Origin: Ascidiella aspersa
Taxonomy: Eukaryota
Length of the DNA stretch: 64,000 nucleotides
Direction: 5' to 3'
Assembly (NCBI GenBank): GCA_963924565.1
Contig: OZ004607.1
Coordinates: 29,388,001 to 29,452,000, forward strand
How positions within the stretch are numbered: the first letter of the stretch is position 1; each line of letters starts with the position of its first letter. Of this stretch, positions 15,201 through 28,530 are shown piece after piece. The translations under genes were made by a program, and so were the position numbers. Under the pieces are notes generated by a model. The model was not told where the DNA came from. It did not search any database and saw only the letters and a list, made by a program, of their open reading frames with translations.

Positions 15201-16576
15201 CTATTGCAGAGCTTCGAACGGTCGTCTCCAGCCCAGCACCTTACCTCGCGCACCTCGAGCGCCACCCAGGGACAGGTCAGCCCGCTCAGCCTCAAATCGA
15301 ACCTGACGCTGAACGACTCGTGCGACAAGGGAGCCATGCGCCGCTCAGGTTGGTCGGCGTTCTCAAGTGTTTAAACTTTGTTACAAGTGACTTATTAAAG
15401 AGAAGCTGGATTTAAAAAATATAGAGTGTAAAGCGAAATAGTTTACTGTTTCGGCCGGTCGTTGTCTGATTAGTGTCGTTCCTCTTTTTATATTGGAAAG
15501 TTATGACCTGCCATCAGTTCAATAAATTTTGATGGGAATAGGGTTTTGCATTAATATTGGTTTATTAATAAATGTAATGTTACCGAATATTTTCGTAAAT
15601 TAGGTAAACAAACCGGTAAAATCTTCATTTTTTATCATGACAACCGAAAAATAACTCCTCACTTGGCAGCAGTGCTAAACTCCGTATCTAATTTTTTACC
15701 TTGAGTTTAAAGTTTCAAGATTCAATTTATTTTTGTGCATCTTTGTAAATATTGAACAAAAAAAGCATAAAGACTTACACATGGACAACAAAAGGACCTT
15801 ATAGTCGAGCAGCCTTATACTCAAACTATCCACTTTTACACCGACAGGGAGATGCCGCTCCATTGATTACGCGATCACGTCGGACTGCGACAGTGGCTTC
15901 GACAACGGCGATACCCTGAGTCGTAGCGACATCAGCCTGGACGGGACCCTGTCCAAGTCCACCGGCTCCATCGTGTCCTCCTGCTCCCAGTCCGGTTGCC
16001 AGGCAACCACCACCTGCAGCATCACTAGCAGCAGCAACAGCGCTTCACCACTGGCCAAGCACAACGACGTCTTCTACTCGCCCAGGCAGGCCGCCAAAAC
16101 CCTGGACACGATCCCGGACAGCTGCTTCGAAAGCCACGATGACGTCGACCGACGTGTCCTCGCTCAAATCGAGGTGAATATAACATATAGTTGAACTTGC
16201 TATTTTATTAATTTGTATATTCTTTCGTACAAGAGTCAATTTATATGTATTATGAAATTTTGGCTGGTAAAAACGCGTACCAACTGTGGTAAAATTGTTA
16301 GTTTATTGTTCAATCATGAATAAAATCGGCTTAAAACTGATTGAACTATGGTATAATACCAGCTGGCAAATAAAAGAAAATGAAATGTGAAAACGTTTAA
16401 AACAATCAAATAAATTGATGAAAGCCTTTAGTCAAATGACAGCAGAATGTATTCGTTTTTTACACCATTCTTAATTTATGCATTCTTATGTGCAGGACTT
16501 TGAACACTTCGCCGAAAAGAGAATTCGCTGCCTCTCCAACAAAGGAAGGATCGTTCCGCTCAAGGGCGGCTCTTAG
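3203..16576 (+). CDS. Gene A: spliced ~678-aa Ser-rich/coiled-coil protein; PH-less tandem paralogue of the C-terminal part of gene B
   Basis: GT-AG exons with consistent phases: 3203-3299, 3990-4081, 8974-9058, 9361-9661, 10600-10747, 11424-11627, 11976-12097, 13658-13868, 14491-14721, 15210-15348, 15848-16173, 16496-16576 (TAG). The sum is 2037 nt with an open frame. Coiled-coil segments: KEDILQQILEQKQQILDEQRRFRDE and LLNRRKNSLRIKCDRFEKEL. The start is taken as the first ATG after the acceptor at ~3086. The frame stays open back to that acceptor, so an N-terminal extension from upstream exons is not excluded. Confidence 0.85.
14331..14397 (+). repeat. Local tandem duplication (38-bp period)
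   Basis: CTTGAC(C/G)ACACATTTCAAGGTAAATTAC occurs twice. Confidence 0.75.
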
Positions 16577-16825
16577 TCTTTATGCATTTGTTAGTTTTGT
16601 TTTTGTTCTTTCTTCGTTCGTCTTCCCTGCTGATTTTTCCACGTCTGCCAGTCTCTTCCAGTTCAAACGCAGTGTAAACAATCGAAATTACACATCCGCC
16701 GGCCATGCTTGCCAGACCCTATTTCTTTAGACGTCCTCATTTTTCTCTTTCGTTTTTTTTGTGCCAAAAGCCATCACAAGTGCCTCGCGACCGCCCCCTG
16801 TCGACCGAATGCAGTATTCCGAACA

Positions 16826-16831
16826 AATAAA
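16826..16831 (+). terminator. Putative poly(A) signal of gene A
   Basis: AATAAA ~250 nt after the stop, followed by a GT-rich tract; an alternative AATAAA lies at 17014. Confidence 0.45.
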
Positions 16832-19800
16832 TTATTCTTACCGTGACTCGTGTGTCTGAGTGAAAGCAGATATGTACCAGTTGAAAAATTGTTTTGATGA
16901 TAAGGTTTATAATAGATGTTTTGGGAATAGGGTTCCACTAAAAAGGATATAGGTCTAGTCGGTTTATGTCGTCGACTTAATGACAATGTGAAAACAATTT
17001 AAATAACCAGAATAATAAAATAACGTTCTTATATCTTGTTTGACTAAACGCAAAAATACAAACTATTGTATGCTTGACAGAAATATATTTTCGTGGTTTT
17101 GTACTTCCAAAGTCGACACTTGATAACAAAGTGAGTACAACAACGTTCTGCTTTTGCAAAGTCACGCAGTTTTGTTCCGTTGGGAGTGTGGTAGCATAAT
17201 AGTTCGCGCCAAGATGCAGCAATGGGATCCTCAGGTCCTATTATTTCTCTGCATCAATTTAGATTAATTTGGCCCCGAAATACCATTAATTAAAGCAAAT
17301 GGCCCAATGACACTTTTTCGCCCTGTTGCTACAATGCCTTCATGCGATATGCCTTAATAATTGCTTATGTATCACAAAACATTTGTCAAAATAAATGCCG
17401 GCATACCTGATGGGCAAGTCAAATGTCAGCCGAACGACACACATCTACTTACATAACTTCGCGTTTACTTTGTATGATTCGAGGGGCTCCTCAAGTGATG
17501 TGTCGAGCTAAATTTGCCCACAAAGTGTGCGCAAAAGTGCTCGCGACTTTGTCTAGGTCGTGTCATGCATTCTGCGCTCGTCACGCGTTTTTTACCTTAT
17601 GTCATGAGCTTTACGGGCCCGTGTTCACCCCAACTTTCAATCGGCTAATCTCAAGCGAGTTTACAGGTGCTGTTAAGTTCCAGCAAGCAGTTTCTGATTT
17701 GCCAGGGCTTCTTAAGCAAATGAGGTGTTATTAACTTAATTTTTGATCGATTAGTTTATAGCGATACCGATTTTTCCTACAAAACCACAGCTTCGCGAAA
17801 CAGGGGCAGACATTTTGAGTTTCTAAAGCTATTTTGAACTAAATGTGTTGACAAGGATAGCCTGCTATATGGTTTCGGTCAATTTTTTGCAATTATTTGA
17901 ATTCCCTTTTTTGCGGCAGACATTTGTTGTAGTGTAGAAAAATGGAAGAATTTAAGATTTAATTTGGGCCGATGTTGATTACAAAAACGTATTTAGGACC
18001 TCTTGGTGCAAAGAAATGAGGTTTGCAAGTTACTAAACGTATCATTATCTTCAAAAAGCTAGCGCAAAAGGTTTTTGGTTGTTTCTTTAGATGACAGGAT
18101 AACTGATCGAAAAGGCTATAAAGCAAGGGAATGTCAAGCGTGCTTGGTGTCATTTCATTATCTTGCTCAGTCTAATTTCGCTTTAAAAAGTGGCCGCATA
18201 CCATTCTCCATAATATTGTCTCAGAAAACCTTCGTTATGTTAAAAACGGAAGCAGGGTACAAAAACGGATTTTATCTGCTTTACTGCTAGCCACATTAAC
18301 AAGCTTTTAAAGATGTATTTAAAAAGTGAGCAACAGCGGCGCGTCACACGCACGTAATCCGCATTTACATGAAATCGTCACAACCGCTTGAAATCTCGTT
18401 TCGCCCGCCATTCGGTGTAACGCTATTATATACCGGGCGTCGACCGGTCATTGTTTGCACAATCGATTTGCCGGCCTTCCCGTACACATTCGCTCGCGCC
18501 AAGTTATGTTTGGCGGTTATGTGCGTGTTGAACCCTCGAAAAGTTGTCGGTCGGTTTACGTGTGGACTCTATACCGGCCGGATGTTGCCTTAAACTATTT
18601 TTGTGTTTTTTACACGCTGTGGTCTTGCTGACTGATGAAGGTGCGAAGGTCTTACGGATCGTGTTACAAAATGATCATGGCATATACTGGGCTCTCTACT
18701 TTCGGTTGTAGGTTGGCGGAGCTTATTATTAAACTGTGGGTGGCCGTAGAAAACTGTTTGCAATTTTAATTTGCCAGGAGAATTGTTTAAGAAGTTCTTT
18801 GTTTTATGCACGTCATACAACGAATGATTTATTGTGATAATGATATTTATTTTATTCTTTCAGTAACTGTCCGAATCCAAGACTCCAAAATCTAGCAAAA
18901 ATGTTGGCCAATACTTTTTGTAAGAGTTTGTGAAGCAACACTGGTAGAGTCCCTATCCCGCTCATCTGGCAAACCTGGTCTTATTGCTTGAACCTCTATG
19001 TATACTTCATCATGCCGCAAACAGTATATTGCAGGGACTTTACGTCGCGTCGAGCGGATTAGAGGCAAATTATACGGATCGAAATCCGCTTATTAGTGGC
19101 GAAAGCATGGATTCAAAACCCTATTATGCGATGTGTACGAACGGGCGGTCTTCTTTGATTAGTCGAACCCCGCCTCTCTCTCGTTACGATTGCGTTTTTT
19201 CTGTAGTTTGTTTAAGCCGGCGTAAGAGAAGGTCTTACATTGCTCGTACGTTTTAAGCGCGTTCAAGTTGTGTTTGCAGTCTTTAGGTTGAAGTCTGGTT
19301 TATAATGTAAGATACATGTTCAGCTTCGTAATTTCAAGAATTTTTATGAGTTTGGCCTATAGCTGAAAATGTACAGTTTTCGATGATTCACGACAGATAA
19401 GATGTAATGATATGAAAAGAGACTTTAAGTTAGAAGTTAATTTGGGCTTCCGTGACCTCGCGATTTTGAGCAGACGTCATCTAATTTGTCTAACGTACCT
19501 CTAAAATTTTGAAGCGCTTATGAAACCTGACAAAGAAAGAACGGTGTAGATTAAACTTTCGCAAGTTCGATAAAGATACGTTCTATTTCTAGAAGTAAAT
19601 AAATGAATAACCATGATTTTGGAAGTCGTTTTTGGAAGTAAAAATAGTGCTATATTAAATGATGGCACAACATGCGCTTTTCACATCAAAATTCTTTAGG
19701 CTTTTATTTTGACACGTATCTATCGAGAATCAAACCACAAAGTCAAAATTGGATATTTGCCTATTAGAGTGTAAGAAACTTATGTGCTTGAACAGAATAC

Positions 19801-21009
19801 TTTTATCCAGGATTTCGAAGAGATTTGTTGGGATTAGGAATAGGTTAGGTTGCTGTCATGACCTTTTTTAATGTGCACCTAAATTTGCGACAGGGCCTAT
19901 AAAGTGCGATCGAGGTGTTAAAATCCGGAAAAATAAAAGCGAAAGTGATTTCTCTTGGAAAATTAAATAATAAATTCAGAGGCTTGTACAAAATTTAATG
20001 GTTATTTTTAGAACCTCGCATAAATACTGTGCTTATTGATTCAATATTTACCGTAAAATTGTTTTCGATGTTCCACTCGCTAAATTATTTAAATTAGAGC
20101 GTTTAGTGTCATTTTGGTGGTATTCAGAAATACCATTCGATTTGATGCGAAGGTGGTATAGCTTGGTATAGCTTTTGTGTATTGAATTTGTTCAAGTATT
20201 TCTTCACATGATCTATGTCAGAAATTTTATAATGGCTTAAACGTAAAATATAGTTGTCTGTGATATAATTTTAGAAGGCGGCAAAATTTTAAGAGAAAGT
20301 CCAGTAAATTTTACGACAAGAAAGCAATAAACATTAGTTTAAGTTGCATTTTGTGTAGGCTATCCATACCTTAATGTGAAAAAAAAATTTTTTCTGGGTA
20401 TAAGTTGAACGTGTTTTACTGTCCGTTTTGTGAAGTGTCCCTCTGGACTATTTTTTTTTGTGGAAGCTTTTAGTAAAAGCTCACAAGACAATTGCACATA
20501 GCTACGTTATATAAAAATGTAGAAATTCAGGGACCTACCCCTTTGGTAAACCTGGTCAAGAAACTTAATTGGCTCACAAACTTGTCAAATGTTTTTTTTG
20601 GGGGAAAAGGGATTTGCAATTTTTGTTATATCCTGAAGTGCGTCTTGATAAAAAATTAAATCTAAAATGTCTTGGTGTAACATAAATATAAAGATTAAAT
20701 CGTTTACGCAGTAACGCAGTTACTACTAAATACTGCATTATATTGTATGCAATCATGCAACCCCAACAAAAAAATGATCAAAGGATAACATGACCAATTG
20801 ACCATATGTTGTACAGGCTCGCAAACTAAACATAACAGCCAATAAAAATTTGACAATATCATTGCACTGATGAAAATTTCCCGTATTGGTTATCGAAACA
20901 ACGGTACATTTAATAAAAAATATTGCCGGAAGGACAATCTTACAATTGATACACTGCCTGGAAGCAACAGTATAAAATCCATTAAGTCGACGTATACTGC
21001 GCATATGTT

Positions 21010-21434
21010 GCTTTGGTGGCGGAAGTACACTTAAAGGTCCTGTGCGTGCGCCACCTGTTTTACTTCACAAGTTTAGACCGACCGGCGCTGATCATCAGTG
21101 AACGAAGCGACGGCAAATACAAATTGTCTGTCGGCCGACACTTTCGCCGCGACGTATATCGGCTCCAGACCGATGATTCTCGTCGGCGGCGTGGATATAA
21201 CGCGGCGGGATGCCTTTAAATCAGAGGCGCGCGGCTGTGTTTGCCTTGGCGCTTGGCTGGAAGGAAAAGTCTCCCGCTAACAGGACCCGCCGCATACCCG
21301 CGTCAGTTTAAATAGGGAGGGAAGGATGCTAGTTTGCTTGTCAAACTTACAAGACTCAGCGCCAGTCTAACACCAGGCTTGGTTGCCTTACGAGGCACTG
21401 TCGATTTACAACTTAGATTTCTCACATTTGGCAT
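21010..21434 (+). promoter_or_regulatory. Candidate promoter and non-coding first exon of gene B
   Basis: A GC/CpG-rich island in an AT-rich intergenic region, with TATA-like TTTAAATA near 21306 and a strong donor CAT|GTAAGC at 21434/21435. The start-codon exon (acceptor at 24273) needs an upstream exon or a trans-spliced leader. Confidence 0.35.
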
Positions 21435-24314
21435 GTAAGCACAGGGCAGAGAGATAAATCTTCTATGTTGCGGATTGACAAAACAATTTAAGGCAGATTA
21501 ATAGAACAATTTAAGTAGTGGAGTTTATACAAAAACACAGTTCGAAGTGTGTTAATCAAATGAGCAGGTTTAACTAGAGTTAGGGCAAAGCGTTGTCGGT
21601 TAAAAATGTACAATGGTTAGAAGACCCTCTCTGTCAGTTGCAGTCCGTGGATTTAACGCCAAATCTGGGCGCCAAACTTTGTGATTTGCTTCTGTGAATC
21701 ACTAAACACACTTTGCGTTTTGGGGGTTTAGATTGGGTGAGTCATTAAGCTTCCCGCTACACGTGGGGCGGGGATATAGCAGACGAAGTGTATATATAAA
21801 ATAATTTGGTTTGTTGTCATTAGGTCAACAAATGTCAGGAAGCCTGTGCGGTTCATAGTCTCACGAATTTAACACAGCCAGTTAAGATTGTGATACTCTA
21901 GGCCAATTGAAGGAATATTGTAAAACAAACGTTAAGGACTTTGCTATATTTGGAAGACAATGCTTAATGTGTGTTCAGTCCTAGGTGAATAAATTATCGT
22001 GCAGTTAGCACTCACTCCTGCGTATTTGTCCTGTCTTATTTCAACTACATTTAAACTTGCAAGATAAGGCGACGCTGGCAGCTGAGACAAAGCCAGTTTA
22101 CGATCATAACCAGCGTATTGTTTACTATATGAAAACACAGGGCTTGCCACAACCAGCCCTCCTGAACAAATCTCCATTGCGAAAGATGAATGGTCGTATA
22201 TGTGTGCTTAATAAGCTCTTTGGGACGCACGGTATTATAGAGCTTTGCGCAACTGTGTTCAAATATCAAAGCCAAAATCTAGGCCTATTCGTAATCATTG
22301 GTTTGGCTTACTGCGTGAAGCAACTTGCTGTATGTTTTTTGGGGTAAGTCGCGCCTTGTTTCACGAATTGTAGATTCGCTCTTGAAATATACGCCGCACA
22401 GGTCATAGATTCGCCGAAGATATATATATGTTTTTAACGTGTATGGCTTACTAGCAAACGAGAAAGCTGTTTTCCTTCGTGTTTACTGAAGGATTCAGTC
22501 CAACAATTGTCTTCCCTATCCTGAATGGGCCGTTGTCTATTTTTGAGGAGTATTAGTCTTGAGATCACAATGCGGGTACACTGCGAGCCCTGTAAGGGAA
22601 AGATTGGTATCGCAGATGTTAAGGTACACAATTGGACCGGTAACTACTACCTATATGCGCAAAAGAGATTACCTTATCCACAGTAGGCCTTACCGTAAGG
22701 ATTGAAATTGCGTGCCTTTAACTTTGGGTATGTGTCATAAGCTGGTTTGCAATTTGATGCCAAACCATGATGTAGAATTAGGGACTAATAAAGGTCATTG
22801 TACAAGTACTGTTTAGTCTAGATGAATATCTCAAAATAATACTCATGCTGTTCCCTAGTTATAGGAATATTTTTCCTGGCTATGAATCGCCTAAAATCTG
22901 TATTGCTGATTGACATGTAATATTAACAAGCCATACTTTAATCTTTTAGTGTGTTTTCTGCAGTAGAACCGAATTGACGCTTATAAAGCAATTCTTTCGA
23001 AGCCAAAAGCTATACCTCTGGCATGGTTCGAATAATTATACCGTACTGATGTTCAGAGTTAGATACGTTAAAACTCTGCAACCGACTTTGTTTGTATTGC
23101 ACGATAACTATAGATTTTATATAAAAACTCTTGTGTTGGACAAGCATTAAACTTAAGTTAATCAGATAAATAATACGCATATTAAAATTGTCCCCTCCCT
23201 CTCGCCTGAATTAACCGAGTAACGCCCCTGCTCAGGTACCAGCTTTACCCAACCATATTACGAGGTTGACTTGGCATTTTTAATCTTCGGTCACGCGTTC
23301 TAATTGTTACAGGCTACGACGCAATACGCTTTATTAATCGCCTATGGTAAGATATCGTGAAGCCATTTATGGCTGTGAGCGTAAACGGCTTCTTCCGCTC
23401 TCGAATCGTAAAGTTAATCACGCGTTAACTAGGTGCACATCGTTAAGACTTTGGCGCTAAACAAGTACGCTTTACATGACCAGTTTAAAACGTCTCGATC
23501 TTTTATGGGTGTATATTTGGTGCTTTGCGAAATTGGCGCAAAATTTAAGCAGCATGGAAAATGTGTAGTCAATCATGTTAAACTGACTTATGGTGTGAAA
23601 AACTACATAAATCGCTGTTAAAACCGGAGCTTGGCGTTTGTCGCGCTGCTAAGTAACCGTCTGCCTATAAGCGGGCAATAAAGTAGGGTCGGAAAACGAG
23701 GTCCTTCGTTTGATCACGTCACGCTAACAGGCTATAAAGACGTCGTCGGATTCTTGCGCATCACTAGTTTGACTTTCTCTGACGAAATGTGACGTGCACA
23801 ACATTTTGCGCTCGTGATGGCGACCTGTTTGAGGAAATGAATCTGTTGTTTGCCGTAGTGTCCGCATTGGAGATTTGGTTTCGCGAATCGCAGCTTTTCC
23901 ACGTAATTGCAAGAGATTTTATCGAGGGATTTCGACTGAATACGTGAGACAGAACGATTGCATCTTGCGCCGTTAGCAGATTTTATTGATATACACGTCC
24001 TAATATTATGATGTAAAATTATTTGTACTTATGGGAGCAGTGTAGCCAGTGAATGCATTCTTTACATCGTATGGTCAAGTTAGAGTTGTAATATTCACTA
24101 TGTTACATACCGTAGCGGTGTATAAACAAAATTATATCTAATAGATGGTTAGCTATAATGTAACTACCAATAATGTAATTATAATATTTTTATAGATTTT
24201 TATAGTAATTAAATGACGTTCTCCAACTGTGTTTCAGTTATCGAGACAGCAAACAATTTTTGTTTTCTTGTAGGAAGTTAGCAAACATGTAAATGCGTAA
24301 GACGCCACTAAGAA

Positions 24315-27300
24315 ATGGATTTAAACAGGGTGAGATTTGCGGGATATTTGTCCAAGGTGGAATACAAACAAACGACGGTAAGAGTTAAATAGAATAATGC
24401 ATTTTTTTGTTAAATAATATTACGTAGGTTATACACGGAATAAATTAAAAAAATTATTCTTTAAATTTTGCTACGTTTTAATTATAAGGTTTTGAAAGCC
24501 GTAACATATCAGCAAACCGTAGAAGTCTTGATATGTTTCATACTTTGCTTGGTAAAAGAGTTTCTGCAAGCACATAATTGAGATTTAGTATCCGATGCGC
24601 AATCTTTTCAACCGATATCGATAACGGAAATTGTAGACCAAAACAACCCTGATCCGGAACTTAAAAACTGATCTGATCAGATTTATAAATGAACTAATAT
24701 TAAAGGCAGTTTTCAAAAAGGTAAGACGTGAGGCAATACAGACCAATACTTGTAGCTGCTATTCTGTAATTGGTTTGATTTTTGCCAATTTGTAAAGTTG
24801 TATTATAGTGTATTGATGACTACGCCCCGTAGTTCAAATCCGACGTTAGATCGGTACGCTTCGGTCTATGTCCTATGGTATTGCTTTCGCACTATAGTGC
24901 AGCCAATGAAACACATAACTGAGAAAAATGGCGGCATGTCTTCTCTAAGTGTTGAATCTGCACGTTTTTTCAGCACTTGGCTTCCAGATGCAGACCAGTT
25001 TAATACAAACTAAAGGAATAGCCTAGCCAGTCGAATGATTCGCTCGCCGTGCTGTGCGAAAGTCGATAACATCTGACCGCATTTATCTTTTGCCCCGGCC
25101 GGATCCCGTGACCTGTCAATCTCGCGTATGGATCGCCGCGCTCCGTAAACCGGGTGCAATTTTTTACTGAGCAGTAAAACTTGTCGGACTGGGGTGAGCG
25201 GCGTTTACTGTAAACCTAGACGCCAAATTACTTAGACCACATTGGAGAACTCTGGCGTCAGGGCGTTATTGAATTTGTCATCTATACGCTGTTGGGATGT
25301 ATGGGGTTTGGAAAAGTGGCATTTCGGTATATTTTCGCCTTCGGCACCACCTTTCCAAGAAATAAATGTAATCTAACTAACATCTTCAAATAATTACACT
25401 ACTCTCAAAGGTTAAAAGCATGATGCATACACGCTGTTCTTGGTATAATCCTGATAAGCCTTAGTTAAAATAAAATCATGATAAACTTTTAGACGTTATC
25501 TGATTTGTTGTATGTTGTAGATCCGACATTTTCAAAAAGGTTTTTATTAAAGTCATTCGCAATTCAGAATGCCTCAAGTTAAAAAAATGACTTAATTGTA
25601 CTTAACTACAAAAGGTCGAACACCATTTTGTTCAAATAGTCATAACTTATGAAAGAAGAATTTCATTTGGGTCATATTTCTTTTTCAGAATCTTATTTTC
25701 GTAATGAACTATTTTTTTAAATCGAATACAAGTTTAGCTTGATAAATTTTATCAGATAAGCCATTCGTTTAAAATAGTAAACAATCATATTTTCTGTAAA
25801 TATACGAAAATTCATAGAATTCCACAAGTTAATTTTCTCCATATTTGCAGATTTTTACGCCATAATGTTTTATCTTTTATCCCGATCGAGTAAACAGTCT
25901 AAACGACCTCTTACTGCAATCGATCAAATATCGTGCTCATTAACTGCTTTGCGCATGAAAATGTTTTTCGCAGCAACAAATAATTGGAATGTCTTTTGAT
26001 AATTTAGCATTACTATCGGAGATACGATAGTCTATCGTGCATGAGCTTGGTACGTATATTGTGATGAAACGAGTTGGATTAAGGTTTCAAAGTTTTCCTC
26101 GGCGTATGGTGGCGATGGTTCTTTTGTATGGGCTCCATTTGTGCTTCCCAATATTTTTCAATTGGGTCGTCAGGTTTATTTTTATTTTTCCGGACTAGAA
26201 TTGGAAATACATGACATCTTACTAGCTGGTCGGTTTTAAGTGGGAGGCGAAATTCAGTACGGCATTGCCTTGCAGAAATTATTTCCAATTTATTCACTGT
26301 GCAATGTATTTTTTAATGTACAGAGTGGCAACAACACATTTTGGATTAGGTTAAATTGCTTAATGCGGCGGTTCTCAACCAGTGGGCCATGGCTGACTGG
26401 TGGGCCATGGAAACTTTTGAGGTGGGCCACAGACCAATTTGAAAAAGCTAGATTTAATTATTTAGTTTCATTGGTGTCACTATACTTAATTTTACAGGAA
26501 TAATGGCTTGGGGAGGATTTGAGAAGGAATGTAAATTTATTGTTCAAAAGCAAGTAGGCCTACCTTACTAATGCACGGTAGAATAAATAATCTGATTTGA
26601 TATATGTTCCGCTATTTATGTTCTAAACCTTTTTTTTATTTTGTTCTTTCATACAAATGTATTGGACCACAACATTTTTTGTGCAACGAAAATGGGCCAC
26701 GAAAGATAAAAGGTTGAGAACCACTGGCGCAATGGGTGTCCATATTGTTTTAAGATTACTTTTTTGTTTCATTTTCTGAAATTGACCATTAAAACTTGCT
26801 TACGATAAAGCGTGAGCATTAACGAATAAAGACATCAACATACAGTAAACGTTCTGAAAATTTAGGATCTTATTTAAGAGCTAATTAGCTTATTTTTTGC
26901 CACCATACCCTTTCCTAAAATATTGTGTAAGGTAGCTGTATGCATAAGTTTTTACAAATATATAAGATAGAAAACTAAAACTGATATGGATGAATCAATT
27001 TGTGGAAATATGTTGTGCCCCTTCTCGCAAAATCCTTGCAGGATTCCACCCCTTCCCCAAATCTTAAAAACCTTGGGCCCCAATGAGTGACTCTCATACT
27101 TTCATGAGTGGTGGCTCCCTCCCATGGGCTGTCAACAGTTCGTGGACCGATAATGCTCAAAGTTTTGGAACATTACACCATGTAATATTCAAATGGAGGA
27201 TTCATAAGTCCTTGCTAGAAACAATAGTCTGCTGACGAATAATTAGTACAATACATGCTCGTGGATCCCCGAAGACCGCTTGGTCGCCCACAGGGGTTTG

Positions 27301-28530
27301 AGGTCAAGGTCCACGGAGACAAGCTTGGTCCATACAATCACCCATTACGCTTAATTTTCCATGTGACATTAAGCAGAACTACTGGTGCGTGATAAGGGAC
27401 GGCGGCTTCTTCGTGTACAACTACCACAACGTCACGTCCGCCCCGATTGGCCACAGTCTGGAGGACACGCCAGTTCAGCAATTCCCCATCAGTCACCTCT
27501 CAGCCACCGCCTACGTTCTTCCCAACGGAAATAAGCGGTAGGTGTAAATTTTAAAGCGTACGATTTTGCTCGGCTTTCATGGTCTTTTGTCTTTGTAAAG
27601 CCATTTAGACATCCGCCTTGCGTGAGAAAATTGCGATCGGGTATCCGGGCAGGCCATGCGATTCAGCCTAGTAAATTGCCATAAAAGCGATAGCTTTACC
27701 ATTTAATCAAATCGGCAAAATGTAATGTTCAGTTATAGTGTGTGTTTTACCTCCGAGAACATTTGTTATGGCCTACATTTTTGGGCATAAGAAAGACTCA
27801 CTTTTAAATAATAAAAGCGAGGCAATTAAATGATAACAATGAGTAATCCTACTTGATGTAACAATGTTTTGGCAAGCATGTAGAATAATATGTCGCACAT
27901 ATCAATGATGCAAGAATCTACACCTTTAAACAAACCCCTAATGAATCTGTATTTGGAGTTCCCGAGATGAGTATATGATTCGTTTTTTATTTTAAATTTC
28001 TTATTAACGACACCGCGCCTGTCTTTACGAATGCAATAGGCAATAATCTAAAGATATTCCAATTTGTATTGCGATTCTAGTTTGTGGTATCAAAATATTG
28101 TCTGGTTTTGTTTGTGTTAAGAACATTTAGTACCTGTAAAGCAGGTGTCACTGTTTATTCAAACCGAATGATCGGATAAAGTAAGTTTGAGAAGTCATGT
28201 TAACCACTACTATTATGGTGACTATTATACCAATTCAATTACAGAAAGAAATATTTGCAACCGATAATATTGCCTAATTAAAAGATAATCTGTTTTGGTC
28301 TTAGGGCCATGGTGTTCAACGTGTATTGCTTTTAATAATACTTAATTATAGTTCAATGATATTTAATTATAAGGAGTTTATTAAATCGTATTCTGTGTTA
28401 TGAATTCAGGGTGCCGACGCCTTTCGCACTGCAGCTCGACTGCGCCGACACTGGCGTGGCGACCACCTTCTTTGCCGAACACGAGTGGGCGCTAGAGCAG
28501 TGGGTGGACGCCATCAAAGCCGAGGCGAGC
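24315..28530 (+). other. PH domain 1 of gene B (spliced over 3 exons)
   Basis: RFAGYLSK...NYWCVIRDGGFFVYN...PFALQLDC...FFAEHEWALEQWVDAIKAE: PH beta1/beta2 pattern and the C-terminal helix with the conserved Trp. Confidence 0.8.

Noticed and set aside
8442-20555. Three copies of TGG(C/T)AAACC(C)TGG (8442, 18966, 20543) as MITE right ends
   Set aside because: Matching left TIRs and TSDs could not be identified with confidence.
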